A stretch of 64,000 bases of DNA from Negaprion brevirostris (taxonomy: Eukaryota), in the NCBI GenBank assembly GCA_030324005.1, contig JARDVH010000110.1, forward strand, positions 27,174,178-27,238,177, given 5' to 3'. Of this stretch, positions 49,711-63,715 are shown piece after piece. The translations under genes were made by a program, and so were the position numbers. A model generated the notes under the pieces. That model was given only the letters and a program-made list of their open reading frames with translations. It searched no databases and was not told the DNA's origin. Within the stretch, counting starts at the first letter, position 1, and every line of letters begins with the position of its first letter.

Positions 49711-52330
49711 CCACGGTGTATGTATGAATGTTTGTGTGGACCATGATAAGAATAGAATTGACCTCAACTGTCGTGATCTCAATAACTGATCTCCCAGCAA
49801 ACATGTGCATGTGGAAGGTATTGTGGTCATTGTACCCTTAAGGGCAACACAGCAGAATAAGTGCCATCTAGCTTAGATGACCAATTAGGACTCAGAGTAA
49901 GATTTCCCCCAGGGGATGGAGTCCTCTTAGGCTAGAGACAGTTTGGGGGCTAGCTAAGCCATGAGGCTGTGGTGCAATTCTCCATAATNNNNNNNNNNNN
50001 NNNNNNNNNNNNNNNNNNNNNNNNNNNNNNNNNNNNNNNNNNNACTTTGGCTAGGAGCAGCAAGTGCTCTGGTAACCACAGAACTGAACTTCATGTTAAA
50101 TCCATGAAGATAGGAACTGTGGTAAAATGGTATAGGATCTTCTTGTGACAAAATAAGATATTAAAGTATCAGATACTCTATAGAGATGTGGACAATGGTT
50201 GGAAAAGAAAACATGTTTCTTTTCATTCAACCCCACTTGTGAATGAGTTTCGTTAGGTGTAAAACTGACAAATCAATTCAACTGTTGGCAATCTATGGAA
50301 TGACATCAAAAATAGTTACGCAGTGATCATTGACCTTCAGGTTTCAATCTTTCAGGCCAGAAGAGAATCTATGGTGGTCACTGATTTCTGGTCAGGAAGG
50401 TGGAAGTCATCAAAAAAAGAAAAGCTAAAGAGGAAGAGGATACCGCCTGGAAGATGTCTTTCTTCTGTTATTTTATCCAACTTACCGAGGGAAGTCAATG
50501 GACAAAAAGATTGGAAAAAAATGTAAAAGTTAGTTAAAATGTGACTCCTAGATTATTAAAGGATGAACTATTAAGCAAGCTCCTTAAGTCATATCTGATG
50601 TTTCAGATACTTGGTGCTTGCAAGACAAATCCTATAAAATCCACAATTAGGAGTTACGTCGTTTTTCCAGTAACATCTGGTTTCAATAACCAAGAAATAT
50701 TTTAAGAAGTCCTCATACAACAAAGGAAGTTAAGAAGCAGGGATTTTATAATCTGTTGTGGGTCTCAATAATCATCTTGAAACTATCAGTTGCAAAGTAA
50801 TATTCATTGCATGCGTATATTATATTCCCAATAAGTACTGTTTTTAAGCTTCCTTCGTGAATTACATACTGCTGACGCCCTGTTAGCCAAAAATTCCAAG
50901 CCATTCCTTCATAAGTATCAAATAAGCAGTTCCAATAAATGATTTCACATGGTCTTGTTTGTTACCATGATCTTACAGATTGCTTCACAACTTTTCATGA
51001 CGTATTAGAAGGGTTCACTCTGGCAAAAATATTTATTTCAGCATAAAAATATTAATTATCCAGTTACTTTGGAACCACAGTTTCTTTTTGTTATAACATA
51101 TTTTATTCTGGTTGATTGTTTTCTTATTATGGTGGTTGGAGCAAAAGGACCACTGCTAAGTTATATGATAATCAAACCAAGAGAAGAAGACTGCCAAGTT
51201 CAATTATGTTCACACTTGTATTTTTGGCACTAGGTGTGTTGTTTTGGTTCCAAAATGGTTATGGGGATTGATGTGGCAAGTGCTGAAGGAAATTGTCCTG
51301 ACTTCTTTCAGATCACTTGCTCTCATACAGGGATCCTATTGTCTATTGGCAGCGAGTTGAGGAAAGGCAAGGAGAGGAGAGAAGAAAAAGAAGGGCAAGC
51401 TGATAGAAGTGGAGGAGGAAGAGGAGTCGAGCCATATCTACACAGCATCTTTGGGCAGCAATTCTCCCATCTCAAAACTCATTGAGGAACACTGTGTCAG
51501 ACGTCCCTGCTTTGTGGATGGTATTACTCATTGAGATCTTCCAGCTGCTGCAGCCAGAGCTTCAGCCTCAGAGTAAGGTGACATTGCCAGCAGCTGTGAA
51601 GATACAGTGGCCGTGAACATTTAGGCGTTTGGCTTTTTCCAGGACAGAGCTGGCAATATCTACGAGGGCCAGGATGTTTTCCATCCCGCCATCTGATGTG
51701 GAAACACATCCGTGCCAGCCCTGTCTGACCCGCAGACAATTCACACTAGAATGAATGACAAAAGCTGCCGTGGATGGGAGGAGAGCTTCCTGAAGACGTC
51801 AGAGTCTAAATGTAATGTTTTTGGGGTTTTGGCGAGGACAGTGAAAGCCTGATGGGGGGAATGGATATTAGGATATTGGGGTGTTGGGGAAAAGCCTGGG
51901 AAGTAAGAATGGGTCTGGCAGGGTGGGGAGATGGGGATAACAGNNNNNCAGGGTGGGAGGTCCAGCAGCCACTAGACATTAAGTGGAAGGCAGTGGGGGG
52001 GGGGCTGCTGCCTGATGCTCAAAGAGGGTTTCGTGTGGAGGCTCCTTTCACCACCCCCCCACCCCCCGCCCTTCCTCCTTGAGGCTGAAACCCCATCATC
52101 TTAGGGACTCACCCACCCTTGTGTAAAATCACTGAGAGGTCAAAGTAGTCAAGAACTCTGAGGGGAACCCACGTGTCCCAATTCACATTCCATCCTTGCC
52201 CCTCACCCCAATCCCTGACTAAAAACCCACCAGTGGTGGATGTGCGCAATTCAGGCCAAAGTCTCTCAGTTTGCCATTCATTGTTACAAAAGGGAGGTTT
52301 CAGAGGTTCTATATGCAAAGTGAACAGAAT

Positions 52331-52528
52331 GGGTGAGATTCTCCAGCCTCCCAGCCACGTGTTTCCCTCCAGCGGGAAGTGGCGCATTGTTTACTAGTGT
52401 TGGGATTTTCTGGTCCTGCTGCTGTAAATGGGAACTTCCATTGATGTTATACCATGCTGGTGGGAAACCCACAGGTGGGGGTACACTACTGGTGAGACTG
52501 GAAAATGCCACTGGCATGAATTCCAGCC
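52331..52528. mobile_element. Harbinger-type MITE (longer variant)
   Basis: GGGTGAGATTCTCC ... GAATTCCAGCC with AAT on both flanks. The internal GGGATTTTCTGGTCC segment is shared with the 7659 copy. Confidence 0.7.
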
Positions 52529-53069
52529 AATATATTTCATTCTCTCTTGTCAGGGAAAAGCAGGTGGAGCAAACACACATTATGCGGATTGTTCAGCTTC
52601 TCCATGGTTCTGTGTGCCAATGATTGGAAACATATCACTTTTCAGGCGCTTATTAATTAGGAAATGTACCACAACAATAAGCAACTCCACTCTCTCAATG
52701 TCTAGCTGGCGTGTGACCATATGTAATAAATCATGTAGCTCAACGCCCAGTGTTCTGGCAGCCTTCATTCTGTGGCAGTGCACTGTGCCATTTGCATTTG
52801 TGCTATCACAACAAACAAAGGTGACTGTTGGGCTACCTGAGTGCACTGCACACAGGGCCAGGCTGCATGGAGAACACTTTAGAGGTGGGAGAATCTCATC
52901 AGCTGCATGGAGAATACTTTGGAGGTGGGAGAACGGGGAAATTTTGAAATGTGCAATTTGGATCTAACAGTTCCCATCTTCTAGTGGCAGCTGTAAAAAC
53001 ATCTGGAATTCAGTAACCGCTTAGGGGCAAATTGGTGGAATTTTACTTGTGACAAATGGGCACTCTATA

Positions 53070-53620
53070 AATCTGAAGAAATATTAATAGATTGAATGGA
53101 CAAAGCAGACAATGGATTGCAATGTTGGTAAGTGTGAGGTTATCCATTGTGGTCTTCGAAAGGATGGAGCAGGGTAAATGACAAAAAGTTAGAAACAGTG
53201 ACTCTCCAAAGAGGACATGGATGACTGAAATGTTAAAAAGAGGTTAAAAAATCTAAAGCACTAATGGAATGGGTTAGAATACAAGTTCCTGCTAAATCAA
53301 TATGTAGTATAGATTTAGATCACATCTTGGACAGAAGACTGGCTAACTGATAGAAACTGGAGACTCAAGATAAATGGGTCTTTTTCTGGTTGGCAAGGTA
53401 TACCTAATGGGGTGCCACAGGGTTCAGTCCTTGGGCCCAACGATTTACAACCTTTATTGAGGAATAGAAGGTATTATTGCCAAATTTGCAGATGACACGA
53501 ACATAGGTGTGAAATAAGTTCCAATGAGGACATGCAAAATTTATAAACGGACAGAGGTCAGTTAGGTGAGTGGGCCAAAACGTGGATAAGTGAGCTTATC
53601 CATGTTGGTTAAATAAATGG
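53070..53620 (+). mobile_element. CR1 RT fragments, rearranged
   Basis: NGVPQGSVLGP and IAKFADDT motifs at ~53405-53500; NVGKCEVIH at ~53120. Confidence 0.8.
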
Positions 53621-53724
53621 NNNNNNNNNNNNNNNNNNNNNNNNNNNNNNNNNNNNNNNNNNNNNNNNNNNNNNNNNNNNNNNNNNNNNNNNNNNNNNNN
53701 NNNNNNNNNNNNNNNNNNNNCTTA

Positions 53725-53870
53725 CTGACCCTCTGGCTTGCGGCCTTTGCCACTCCCAGACTCTCCCTCTGGTTGCTGACCCTGCGATTTGCAGCCTCTG
53801 CCACTTGGTGACACTTGCTCTGGCTGCCAACCCTCCAGTTTGCTGCCTTTGCCATTCCCTGACCCTCCCA
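53725..53870. repeat. 51-bp degenerate tandem repeat, about 3 units (may extend into the gap)
   Basis: Units start at 53725, 53776 and 53827 (CTGACCCT..G.TTGC.GCCT.TGCCA). Confidence 0.7.
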
Positions 53871-54249
53871 GTCACTGTGGACATCTCTCACCAAACCTGC
53901 TCCCTGCCTCTTCCACTCATCGCTTTCCTCTCCTGAACAAGGTGAGCAAGGTGTCCGCAGCAAGGTTTCTGGAAATGAGCAGTGAAAAGCAGGATGAGCA
54001 ACTTGTAGGAGAGAAGATCGGAGCTAGAGAGATGGTGAGGGCCTGGGTCAGTGGCAAGAGGCCGGGTGCGGAAGTAGCAGAGATGCTCCAAAGAGGCTCC
54101 AATTGGGTCACATGACCCGATGCCAGACCCAGTGTGAAATGTCTTTAAAATAAAACTTGTGACATTAAACATGAATGCGACCCTATTAACTGATGGGCGT
54201 TAAAGGGAAGAACTTAAAATGGAGCAACTTAAAATAGGGTCTTACTGCA

Positions 54250-55052
54250 TATCATTCAAATATCATAAACAGGTACAAAAAATGATTAGAACCACTAATG
54301 GAATGCTGGCCTTTATACAGTAGAATGCAAGGTGGTAGAAATCATGTCTCAGTTGCATGAAGTCCTGATACAATCACACCTGGTGTACTGTGAGTAATTT
54401 TGGGCGTTGAACGGAATGCAAATAGATTTATTAGAATGATATCTGCATTCCAAGGGTTGAGCTACAAGGAGAGATTAAACAAGCTGAAATTCCTTGGAAT
54501 TTGGAAGGTTACAGAGTATTTTGATTAAAGTTTCAAGATATTAATGGAAACTGATTGAAATTAGTTTCTCCCAATCTACCCTGTTAGTCGGTGAATCGAA
54601 GACTAAGGGACGTAGTTTAAAAATTAGAGCCACACCTTTCAGAAGTGAAATTAGGAGGCATTTCTAAATGCAAGGTTCCTCACAGCAGAAGGATGGAACT
54701 TCTTCCCACAGATGGCAATTAATGCTAGATCAATTGTCAGTTTTAAAAGCAGGACTGCTAGATCCATTTAACCTACACATCTTGGAACACTAAGGGACAA
54801 CTTTAGCATGGCCAATCTACCTAACCTACACATCTTTGGACTGTTGGAGGAAATCAAAGCACTTGGAGGAAATTCACTCAGACATGGGGAGAACGTGCAA
54901 GCTCCACACAGACATTCACCCAAAACTGGAATTGATCACAGGTCCCTGACACTATGAGGCAGCAGCGCTAACCACCAGGCCACAGTTACAATCTAATTGA
55001 GTAACAGAAGTCTTGACAGGCTGAATGGCCTATTCCTGTTCCAATGTTCCTG
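54250..55052 (+). mobile_element. CR1 3' fragment interrupted by a V-SINE
   Basis: Decayed ORF2 C-terminus at 54250-54765 and tail GGCTGAATGGCCTATTCCTGTTCC at ~55019-55050. Confidence 0.75.
54765..54985 (-). mobile_element. V-SINE nested in CR1
   Basis: TTTAGCATGGCCAATCTACCTAACCTACACATCTTTGGACTG...GAGGCAGCAGCGCTAACCAC. Confidence 0.82.
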
Positions 55053-55611
55053 AAATTAGCTAACTTAAGAGGAAATCCATCTACTTTTATAGTGACAAAG
55101 CAAGTTAAATTTCCTTGTGCTTCCATTGTACTCAAGAAGTTGTCACTATGGTTGGTTTAAAGAATGAGTTAAAGTGGCCAGTATGTGGCGATGCACCTAG
55201 CATAAACGTGCAGCAGGTATTGGTAGCTGTTTTGTTGTGTGTNNNNNGTCTCGATGGAGTACTTTGTAGCTAATCCATTCTCACAAAGTAAGCTGCTGGA
55301 GACAGTTTATTAAAACCCTTACTCTACATTTACAGCTACAATGTCCATATGAGGAACTTTGCATGGGGTTAGAACGTCTCCTCCTTCCAGATATCTGTTA
55401 CTCAATCACGTCATGTAACATCATCACTACATCCACATTATATGCTTCTGATGTTTACTTTAGAGTACCAGGGACAACCCAGGAGGCAGTTAGTCAAAGA
55501 TCAGATCGTCTTACTGTTCTGCTGGCCAGCCTTCAAGGACCTACAGAAACGGTCTCAGACATGAAAATCTGGTCCCAGCCAGTTATAAATAACCATGGAA
55601 TAAGAGATAGT

Positions 55612-55735
55612 GGCCAGAACTCTCCCATCTTGCCTGTCATGGAATTGGCATGGGCGAGGGTCTGTCAACAGAAATCTCCGTTGACTTTGGGCGGGAATTT
55701 CTGGTCTCGCCCGAGTGAGGCCGTAAAATCCCGCC
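55612..55735. mobile_element. Harbinger-type MITE
   Basis: GGCCAGAACTCTCC ... GTAAAATCCCGCC; no clean TSD. Confidence 0.65.
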
Positions 55736-57084
55736 CACAATGTCTTATGAGAGGAGGATAAACAAGTCCTATACTGGCATCAACCGAAAGTATTCTTCCA
55801 GAAATTGTACTCCGGCATCTAGTTATAATATCCAAATAAATATCTACAAAAATGGATATGTAGACTATGCATGGGATACGGACATTTTCTGAACTATTCC
55901 TTTAAGGTTTCAGTCCATTTGTAGGTAGAAAATCACAGAAATCTAATATTGATTCATTTTGGAGACTCACTTCAATGGAACACATTAAGGCTCGCAAAGG
56001 CAACTGTAATCAATCACCTGTCATGTAAACTCTGCACTTAAAATGATCCCAGTGGCGACTAGATGATCTTGAACAAAACCTGCTTCAATACATTTTCTGT
56101 TTCATGTTCAGTCGATTGAATCACCACAAATAGAATCAGCATGCGGCAAGCACAAAATTAGTCAAAAGAAACCAGATCCTCAACCTAAACATTTGAAAGC
56201 TTTAATAAAATCAAAATCAAAGTTAAATTCTGTTTATTTATCAGAACGATTTAGCATTATCAATGGTGTCCGATTTCTAATTTATGAAGATTTTCCCCTC
56301 AATATTTATAAATTAGTAAATGGTCATGGGCGAAATCCAGACATTGATGCTATCCTGAGACTGAAGAATATAAGAAATAGAAGCAGGTGGAGGCACATTT
56401 GGCCCATCACCATTTTCCCATACACGAATCCAAAACAGGAACATTTGTAATTCACCCGCTGGCAACTATAATTTCATGTACAAATACATAGGTAGCTAGA
56501 AGGACGGATAATCACTTTGCTGAACATTATTTCGGGTTGTGAAAAGTGAAAGAACTTCTTTGGGTTGAGCAGGCTGTAAAAAAATGAACAAGACTTACNN
56601 NNNNNNNNGACGTACCATTAGGATGCCGCAATTATTATAGAACAAGAGTTATCTGTTGCTGAAGATAGAAAATTACAGGATTCATAATATGCAGGTTTTA
56701 AAAGTGATAAAACTTACAAGGGGATTAAGCTTTTGTGTCTATATATATATGTATATATATATATATATAATGTTCAAAGTGAAATAATGATCTTAGAACT
56801 GTATGTTTATTTGATATACATGCTATCTCCTTTACCTAAAGTGTTTTTAATTAAGATAATTATATTCTTTCAAAATCTTACATTACCAAAATATCCATCA
56901 CCATTAAAAATTAGCTGTAACTTATTAATTTTGATTACTTTTCAAATATCTCAATATTTAAAGATCTGTATCAGACATTTAAATCGACAAATGTGCTGTG
57001 ACATGAAATAATTTTGGCTCCACATACAATATAATGAGAAAACACAAAAGGAGGCCCACTGTGTCAACATAAGCATATAAATCG

Positions 57085-57440
57085 ATGGTGGTGCTTCATT
57101 AAGGGAGTGCTGCACTGTTCGCAATGCTGTATTTTGGATGAACTGTTAAACTAAGGCCCCATCTGCCTTCTCAGGTGGACATTAAATATCTCTTGGCACT
57201 ATTTAAAGAAAAACACACCTGTCATCAAGGCCAATATTCATTGCTCAAACAATATAACTACAACAGATAGTCTGGTCATCTATTTCATTATTGTTCGTGG
57301 GACATTGGCGTGCCCAGACTGGCTGCTGCATTTCCTACCCTTTGGCAATGACAGCACTTCAAAACTGCTTCATAGTTCATAAAATGCTTTAGGACATCCT
57401 GAGGTAATAAAAATGCACTATAAATGCATATCTTTCCTGC
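57085..57440 (+). mobile_element. Deu-domain SINE
   Basis: AGGGAGTGCTGCACTGT...GGATGAACTGTTAAACTAAGGCCCCATCTGCCTTCTCAGGTGGAC...TGGCACTATTT...GGACATCCTGAGG...TATAAATGCA. Confidence 0.85.
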
Positions 57441-60400
57441 AATTCTCTCATTTAAATCTGGATAAAAATAACTCAGTAGCTGTAATGGGGAAAAAATATA
57501 CATGATTAAACTGGCAATAGCTGCGAAAAAGTGAATCCAGATCAGCTCATGAACTAATGTAAAACAGCAAATTATACCCCTTAATTATGAGAGGTGAGAG
57601 AGTTGGAGAGGCAATCAGAAGTTGCGTAACAACATTTTCAATGGCTAAAACATTGTTGTCCTAACATTCTCATTTATTCTCAGGATATTTATCTACAAAG
57701 GCCAGTAATTAGTGGATTTTTCTAAAATAAAATGCTTAAACAGCTGTAACCATCAGGACCAAAATACAAGGAGCGTCAGTAAAGTTTGGAGTATTGTGAC
57801 AAAATGTTTCACATTTAAATGGATATAATTATATATTTGGTTGTTGGTCCAGAAAAAAAAATGCCAGGACATTCCGTGCCCGAATTGGCCTGATCAGTCA
57901 TCTTTGGACACACTGCATCCAGCCTCAAAATGACTAATGGTGTTGAGGTCCTCATTGGTGACGATGGACGAACCACATGTTGGTCCACAGTTCTATATAC
58001 GTCACTTCACTTTCATGTATTACATTATTGGAATTTATAAGACAAAAGCATTCATTGAGACAAAGCCAACACTTTTAAGCCATAAAAGTTTACAAAAGGC
58101 GAGCTTTCTTTAACAACGTAATGAAATTATTTAACTAGAGTGTATAACACAGGTTGTGAATCAACACCAAGTCTTTGCAGGTATTTGATGCTATGGAATA
58201 AGACAGGAATCTTTATTTGTATAATGAACAAAGTAAACAATAAACAGGGAGTATTTACTAATAGCAAAAGTTTTAATTAGGTAGTTAAAGCATAGTTCTA
58301 GGATTTTGTTTGTTCACTGTATTTCAAAATATATAATCTTTTTCCTTACCTACAAAGTTTTCATGTTAAATGAGTTTGGCAATCACAGTCGAGCTCCTTT
58401 GGGGCACAGATCCATGGCATACTAGCTAAAATTCAGTATCCAATTTAAATAGTGAGGCCATTATGCCTTCACAGTTAAGAGTCAATAGGCATTGCAGAAT
58501 ACATACTGTGACAGGGCCACCATAGCTAAATCTGACTCTGTTTTTTCTAACATACACACCTGCATTTTCTAGCATGCCCATGAACCTGAACCTCAGATTC
58601 ATTTTCACTTAGCTCAGAAACCAATGTTAAGTTTGGTACTGTTAATGCTGATGAGATCAGCAAACTCACCATTTACCAGGAACTGAAGTTGTGGGCTTCA
58701 TTTACAGCATGGCTTATTCCTGTACCACCCAATAGTTCTTCTCATAAATAGCTAAATAATTATTGGAAATCAATGATAGTACAGTGCTATTCTGACTGAA
58801 ATCAGGCTATACAGAGCTCATCATAGATTATTGTCCAATTCATCTCGGGGTGTATCTCATTTACTTAGTACTTTAAAAACTCTTCATAAGATCTTTTTCT
58901 ATGAAAAATAATAATTCATCGTTGTACATATAATGATTCACATGAAAATAGTAATATCATATTCCCCTTCTGCAGTGTACTCTGGACATATTGAGGAATG
59001 GTATTAGAATACTGATTTCATTCTATATAATGAGGATTTTTTTTCATAACTGTTTTAAAGTTTCTACGTTTCAGAATTTCCCAGAGTATGTATAATAATT
59101 CAATGATTCAGAATTCATTCATCAGTGCAAATTTTTCCATTGCAATGACTACAAACACAGAATTACTAGAATAGTTGCATCTCATATGACAGTGTTATTT
59201 TTCAAAAAAGCACAAACAGAATTGGCAGTGCCTACGGAAATGTTAAAGGCTATTTTTCTAGGATGCTGGTATTTTATTTTACCCATGGGAAGCAATGACT
59301 GACTTTTCCAGTTAATGCATGAAAGAATAACATAAGTTATTAGTAACCGCAATGAAGTATGTCACTCTGAACCTCGTTTTGATATTATTTTTACGTAGTT
59401 GATTTATCCTTTATTCACATGGCATCAGTTGCTAGCTGATTTACCTTATATAAACAAAATGCATTTTTCTTCCAGCAGCATGGCTCAAAATTACTTCCTC
59501 TGCTTTAAGTCTGCATGCTTGCTCTTTTCTTCATTGGCGAAAGCCAAAAGAAATTACTTTGTTTTATGATACTGATAGCATCAGTGTATTATTAAATTCC
59601 ATGTAGTTGTCCATGCAGGGTAAACTGAACTCTTTAATGGAACATTTTCCACTTGGTACAGAGCTAATGGCTCATTTAAAATCACTGTGATCTTAAAATT
59701 GATGTAAGAGATTTTAACAAAGCTAATTCTCATGCAATTCTGGGAAAGTTTGGTGACTAAAATCACAGAACCGTGTGGGAAAGATCTTCAGACCGTACAT
59801 TCGAAACAGCTGTTGTATCAGAAGCTGAGCCAAAACATATTTTTAGGGTATGAATTCTGGGTACTTGGAAATAACTCCGAATATGTTAGTTGCAGATAAT
59901 AGGGGAAAAAATCACAAGGTACTGACTAAAATAACCTCTTTACTTAGAATATTGACAGGCCCTGAGATGGAGGATACAGGTTCTTCAATTTGTTGTGCCA
60001 TCAAGCCGCAGGATATAGGTATATAATAATGAATTGCTATAATTGAAGACACTATAGCGCCAGGAATATAAATTGGCAGAGTCTAAACAATGTTTGTTTT
60101 GTACAGCAACCCAGGCTTCTCTTGGCAGCTTATTACAGTCACTTAATTGGCTGACATAGATACCTTGTAGTGCAGTGGTAGTGCCCCTGTCACTGGTCCA
60201 GTAGCTCCGGGTTTGAGTCCAATGCCAGGATGTGTTGGCCAGGGAAGGAGTGTTCAATGAAGTTCAACAAGAAAGTAATCAGCTCAGAAATCCTTTCGCC
60301 ACTTTCCCCACTAACCCTCAAAGGGTAAAAAAAAGCATGGGTGAAGATACGCTAACAATAGGCTGACATGGACAACATAATGGCACATTTTATCATGGGC

Positions 60401-60601
60401 ACACATTTATACTTTCTCATTATATGGTATTACACATTGGAGTTCTAGCATAGTGCAGAAACCAGTGTCAGTGGCTAAAGACTTCCTTATAGGAGAAGGA
60501 AGACTATGATTTTTATAGTGTACATCCCTTGCTTCAGGATGGAATTAACTGTGATTTGGGAGAAACTTGACTATATACATTCTCAGAGGGGGAATAATGT
60601 A

Positions 60602-60725
60602 GGATAGGATTTTCTGCCTGTGCTTTCCCCAAGACCGGAAAATGCCACCTGAGGCCAACAGGCCTTTGCATCGTCTGCCCTCTGCCTATGATTCCTATGG
60701 TGGGCGAGTTGGGAAAATTCAGCCC
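60602..60725. mobile_element. Harbinger-type MITE
   Basis: GGATAGGATTTTCT ... GAAAATTCAGCCC with GTA on both flanks. Confidence 0.7.
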
Positions 60726-61519
60726 GTAGAGTCTAATTGAAATTGGTAGCCAATGAAAAAGAAAAANNNNNNNNNNNNNNNNNNNNNNNNNNNNNNNNNN
60801 NNNNNNNNNNNNNNNNNNNNNNNNNNNNNNNNNNNNNNNNNNNNNNNNNNNNNNNNNNNNNNNNNNATATAAAAACAAAGCTAAAATTGTGATGTTCAGG
60901 CTACAAGCTCCCTCTACAAAAACAATGTACAGTCAAAATAGACAACAGAAAATAGTGAATGATGCACAATATAGAAATGATCATTCAAAAGTTAACTGTG
61001 GTGAGTATAGTATTTTGGGAGAATTCTTGTTTGTCCACTCACCCACAATGTCAAATTTTCAGCTGCTTTTGGAATCAGCACAATCCCTTAGTTGTTCTGT
61101 GAACTGTTGAAAGAAATTATCAGCATTTAAAACCCTACATTTATACAGGGAAGAACAGGCCTTGGGGGTTAACTCAATGACTTAGCTGTGGGATGGAGAA
61201 TGAGTAAGTAAGGCCCAGATCAATGTCTAAGAGTTATAATAGTGCATTCTGATTTGTAGAACAGGAGTGATGTCTTTTATGAGGTAGAAACACACAAAGG
61301 TAGCTTTTGAGAAAATTGCTGAAAACATAAATGTTACAGAAACAAGTGAGAGGACTTTATTACAAATTATTAGGAAAATGACTGACTTGCAGAAAAATGT
61401 TAAGGCTGAAGTATGGTTTTGAATTCTAAGTGCCTGACTCAGAAATAGTTACATCCTGATAAACTGAAAATAGTTTTATGCTGAACCATCTCAAGATTTA
61501 ATAGGTTGTCAGCTAAAGT

Positions 61520-61815
61520 GTTAGCTTGACCCAGCTGTAGCATTATTTATGAGTCAGAAGTCATTTGGTTAAACCTGATTTCAGACGCTTAGCTTTTGGT
61601 TAGGCTGACACGACAGTGCAACAGTGAATGAATGCTGAATTAAGAAGATGCTAGTTTTCAGATGAGATGTTAAACCGAGGTCCATCTGCATCTCTTGGCT
61701 GGGATGCATCTCTCAACTAATGCATAGGATGTTTCTGGGATCTCTCTGTGCACAGAATATGACTGCAATGCTTCGTGACAAAACTACACTTCAAAAGATA
61801 ATTCGTTGACTTTGG
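61520..61815 (+). mobile_element. Deu-domain SINE, internally deleted
   Basis: TTTCAGATGAGATGTTAAACCGAGGTCCATCTGC...ACTACACTTCAAAAG. Confidence 0.7.
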
Positions 61816-61821
61816 AGTACA

Positions 61822-62532
61822 ACAAAATGAAGGAGATTGTCATCAGTAAGTGTAGAGGAGAGCATGCCCCTGTCTACATCNNNNNNNNNNNNNNNNNNNN
61901 NNNNNNNNNNNNNNNNNCAGATCACCAACAACCTGGCCTGATGCCCCCATGTCAACACTATAGTTAAGAAAGCCCACCAATGCCTCTAATTTCTCAGAAG
62001 ACTAAGGGAATTTGGCATGTCAGCTACGACTCTCACCACCTTTTACAGATGCATCATAGAAAGCATTCTTTCTGGTTGTATCACAGCTTGATATGGCTCC
62101 TGCTCTGCCCAACACTGCAAAAAACTACAAAAGGTCATGAATGTAGTTCAATCCATTATGCAAACCAGCCTCCCATCCATTGACTCTGCCTACAATTCCC
62201 ACTGCCTCTATAAAGTAGCCAGCATAATTAAGGACCCACACATGCCAGACAATCTCTCATCTTCTTCCATCTGAAAAATTACATAAAATTCTAAGATCAC
62301 GTACCAACCGATGCAAGAACAGCTTCTTCCTTGCTGTCATCAGACTTTTGAATGGACCCACCTTGCATTAAGTTGATCTTTCTCCACACCCTAGCTATGA
62401 CTTTAACACTATGTTCTGCTCTCTGTCTCATTTCCTTCTCAATGAACAGTATGTTTTGTCAGTACAGTGCGCAAGAAACAATATTTTTCATTGTATGCTA
62501 ATACATGTGATAATAAATCAAATCAAATCAAA
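61822..62532 (+). mobile_element. Rex1/Babar-type LINE 3' end
   Basis: ITNNLA*CPHVNTIVKKAHQCL*FLRRLREFGMS..TLTTFYRCIIESILSGCITA*YGSCS; ends in (AAATC)n. Confidence 0.85.
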
Positions 62533-62535
62533 AAA

Positions 62536-63115
62536 GCAGGGAACTCATGTCAGAGTTGTACAGCACTTTGGTAAGGCCACAGCTCGAGTACTGTGTGCAG
62601 TTCTGATTGCCATGGTACAGAAAGAATGTGATTGCACTGGATGAGGTGCCGAGGAGATTCACCAGAATTCTACCTGGGATGGAACATTTAAGTAACGATG
62701 AGGTTGGATTGTATTCATTGGAGCAGAGAAGACTGAGGAGCAGCTTCATTGAGGTGTACAACATTATAAGGGACATGGACAGAGTGGATAAGGGGCAACT
62801 GTTCCACTTAATTGTAGGTTCTGTCATGAGGGGGCATAGATTCAAGGTGAGGGGCAGGAGGTTTTGGAGGGATGTGAAGAAAAGTTTTTATAGCCAAGGA
62901 TGATGATGGTCTGGAATGCGCTGCCGGGCACAGTGGTAGTGGCGGATAGCCTCACATCCTTTTAAAAGTATCTGGATATGCACCTGGCCCATCGTAACCT
63001 TCACGGTTATTGACCAAGTGCTGGCAGATGGGATTAGGTGAGAGTTCAGGTGTTTCAAATGTATCGTTGTGGACTCGATGGGCTGAATCTGTGTTTAATG
63101 ATTCTGTGATATGAT
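62536..63115 (+). mobile_element. CR1 (HER1-like) LINE 3' end
   Basis: LVRPQLEYCVQF*LPWYRKNVIALDEVPRRFTRILPGM...YSLEQRRLR; tail GACTCGATGGGCTGAAT. Confidence 0.88.
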
Positions 63116-63404
63116 TTCTCTATTCCCCATTATGAATTCTACTGACTCCACATGCAATAGACTCATAAATTGTCAGGACCCCTAAAGAATGACCTCATCC
63201 TCAACACTAAGTTCATTTTTCTTAATAAGGTAGGGTTTCATTTCTTTGGAGGGTTGTCCTTGGAATCCTTGTGTTGTCTGGTATCATGTGCCTTACTTTC
63301 AGTAAGAGGTCACATGACACCAGATTACAGTCCAACATGTTTATTTGANNNNNNNNNNGGAGGATTACAGAAGGCTTCAGATGGTAATAGTTTTTCACCA
63401 GGTC

Positions 63405-63715
63405 AATCAGAGAATTCCTACAATGCAGAAGAAGCCATTTGGCCCATCGAGCCTGCACTGACAACAATCCCACGCAAGCCCTATCCCTCTAACCCCTGCT
63501 AATCCCCCTGACATTAAGGGGCAATTTAGTATGACCAATCACCCTAACCTGCACATCTTTGGACTGTGGGAGGAAACCGGAGCACTCAGAGGAAACCCAT
63601 GCAGACAAGGGGAGAATGTGCAAAATCTACACAGGCAATGACTCCAGGCTGGAATTGAACCTGGGTCCCTAGTGCTTTAAGTCTGCAGTACTAACTACTC
63701 TACCACCATGCTGTC
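63405..63715 (-). mobile_element. HE1-like V-SINE, tail A
   Basis: Full V-domain and tail CAGTGCAGGCTCGATGGGCCAAATGGCTTCTTCTGCATTGTAGG. Confidence 0.88.
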
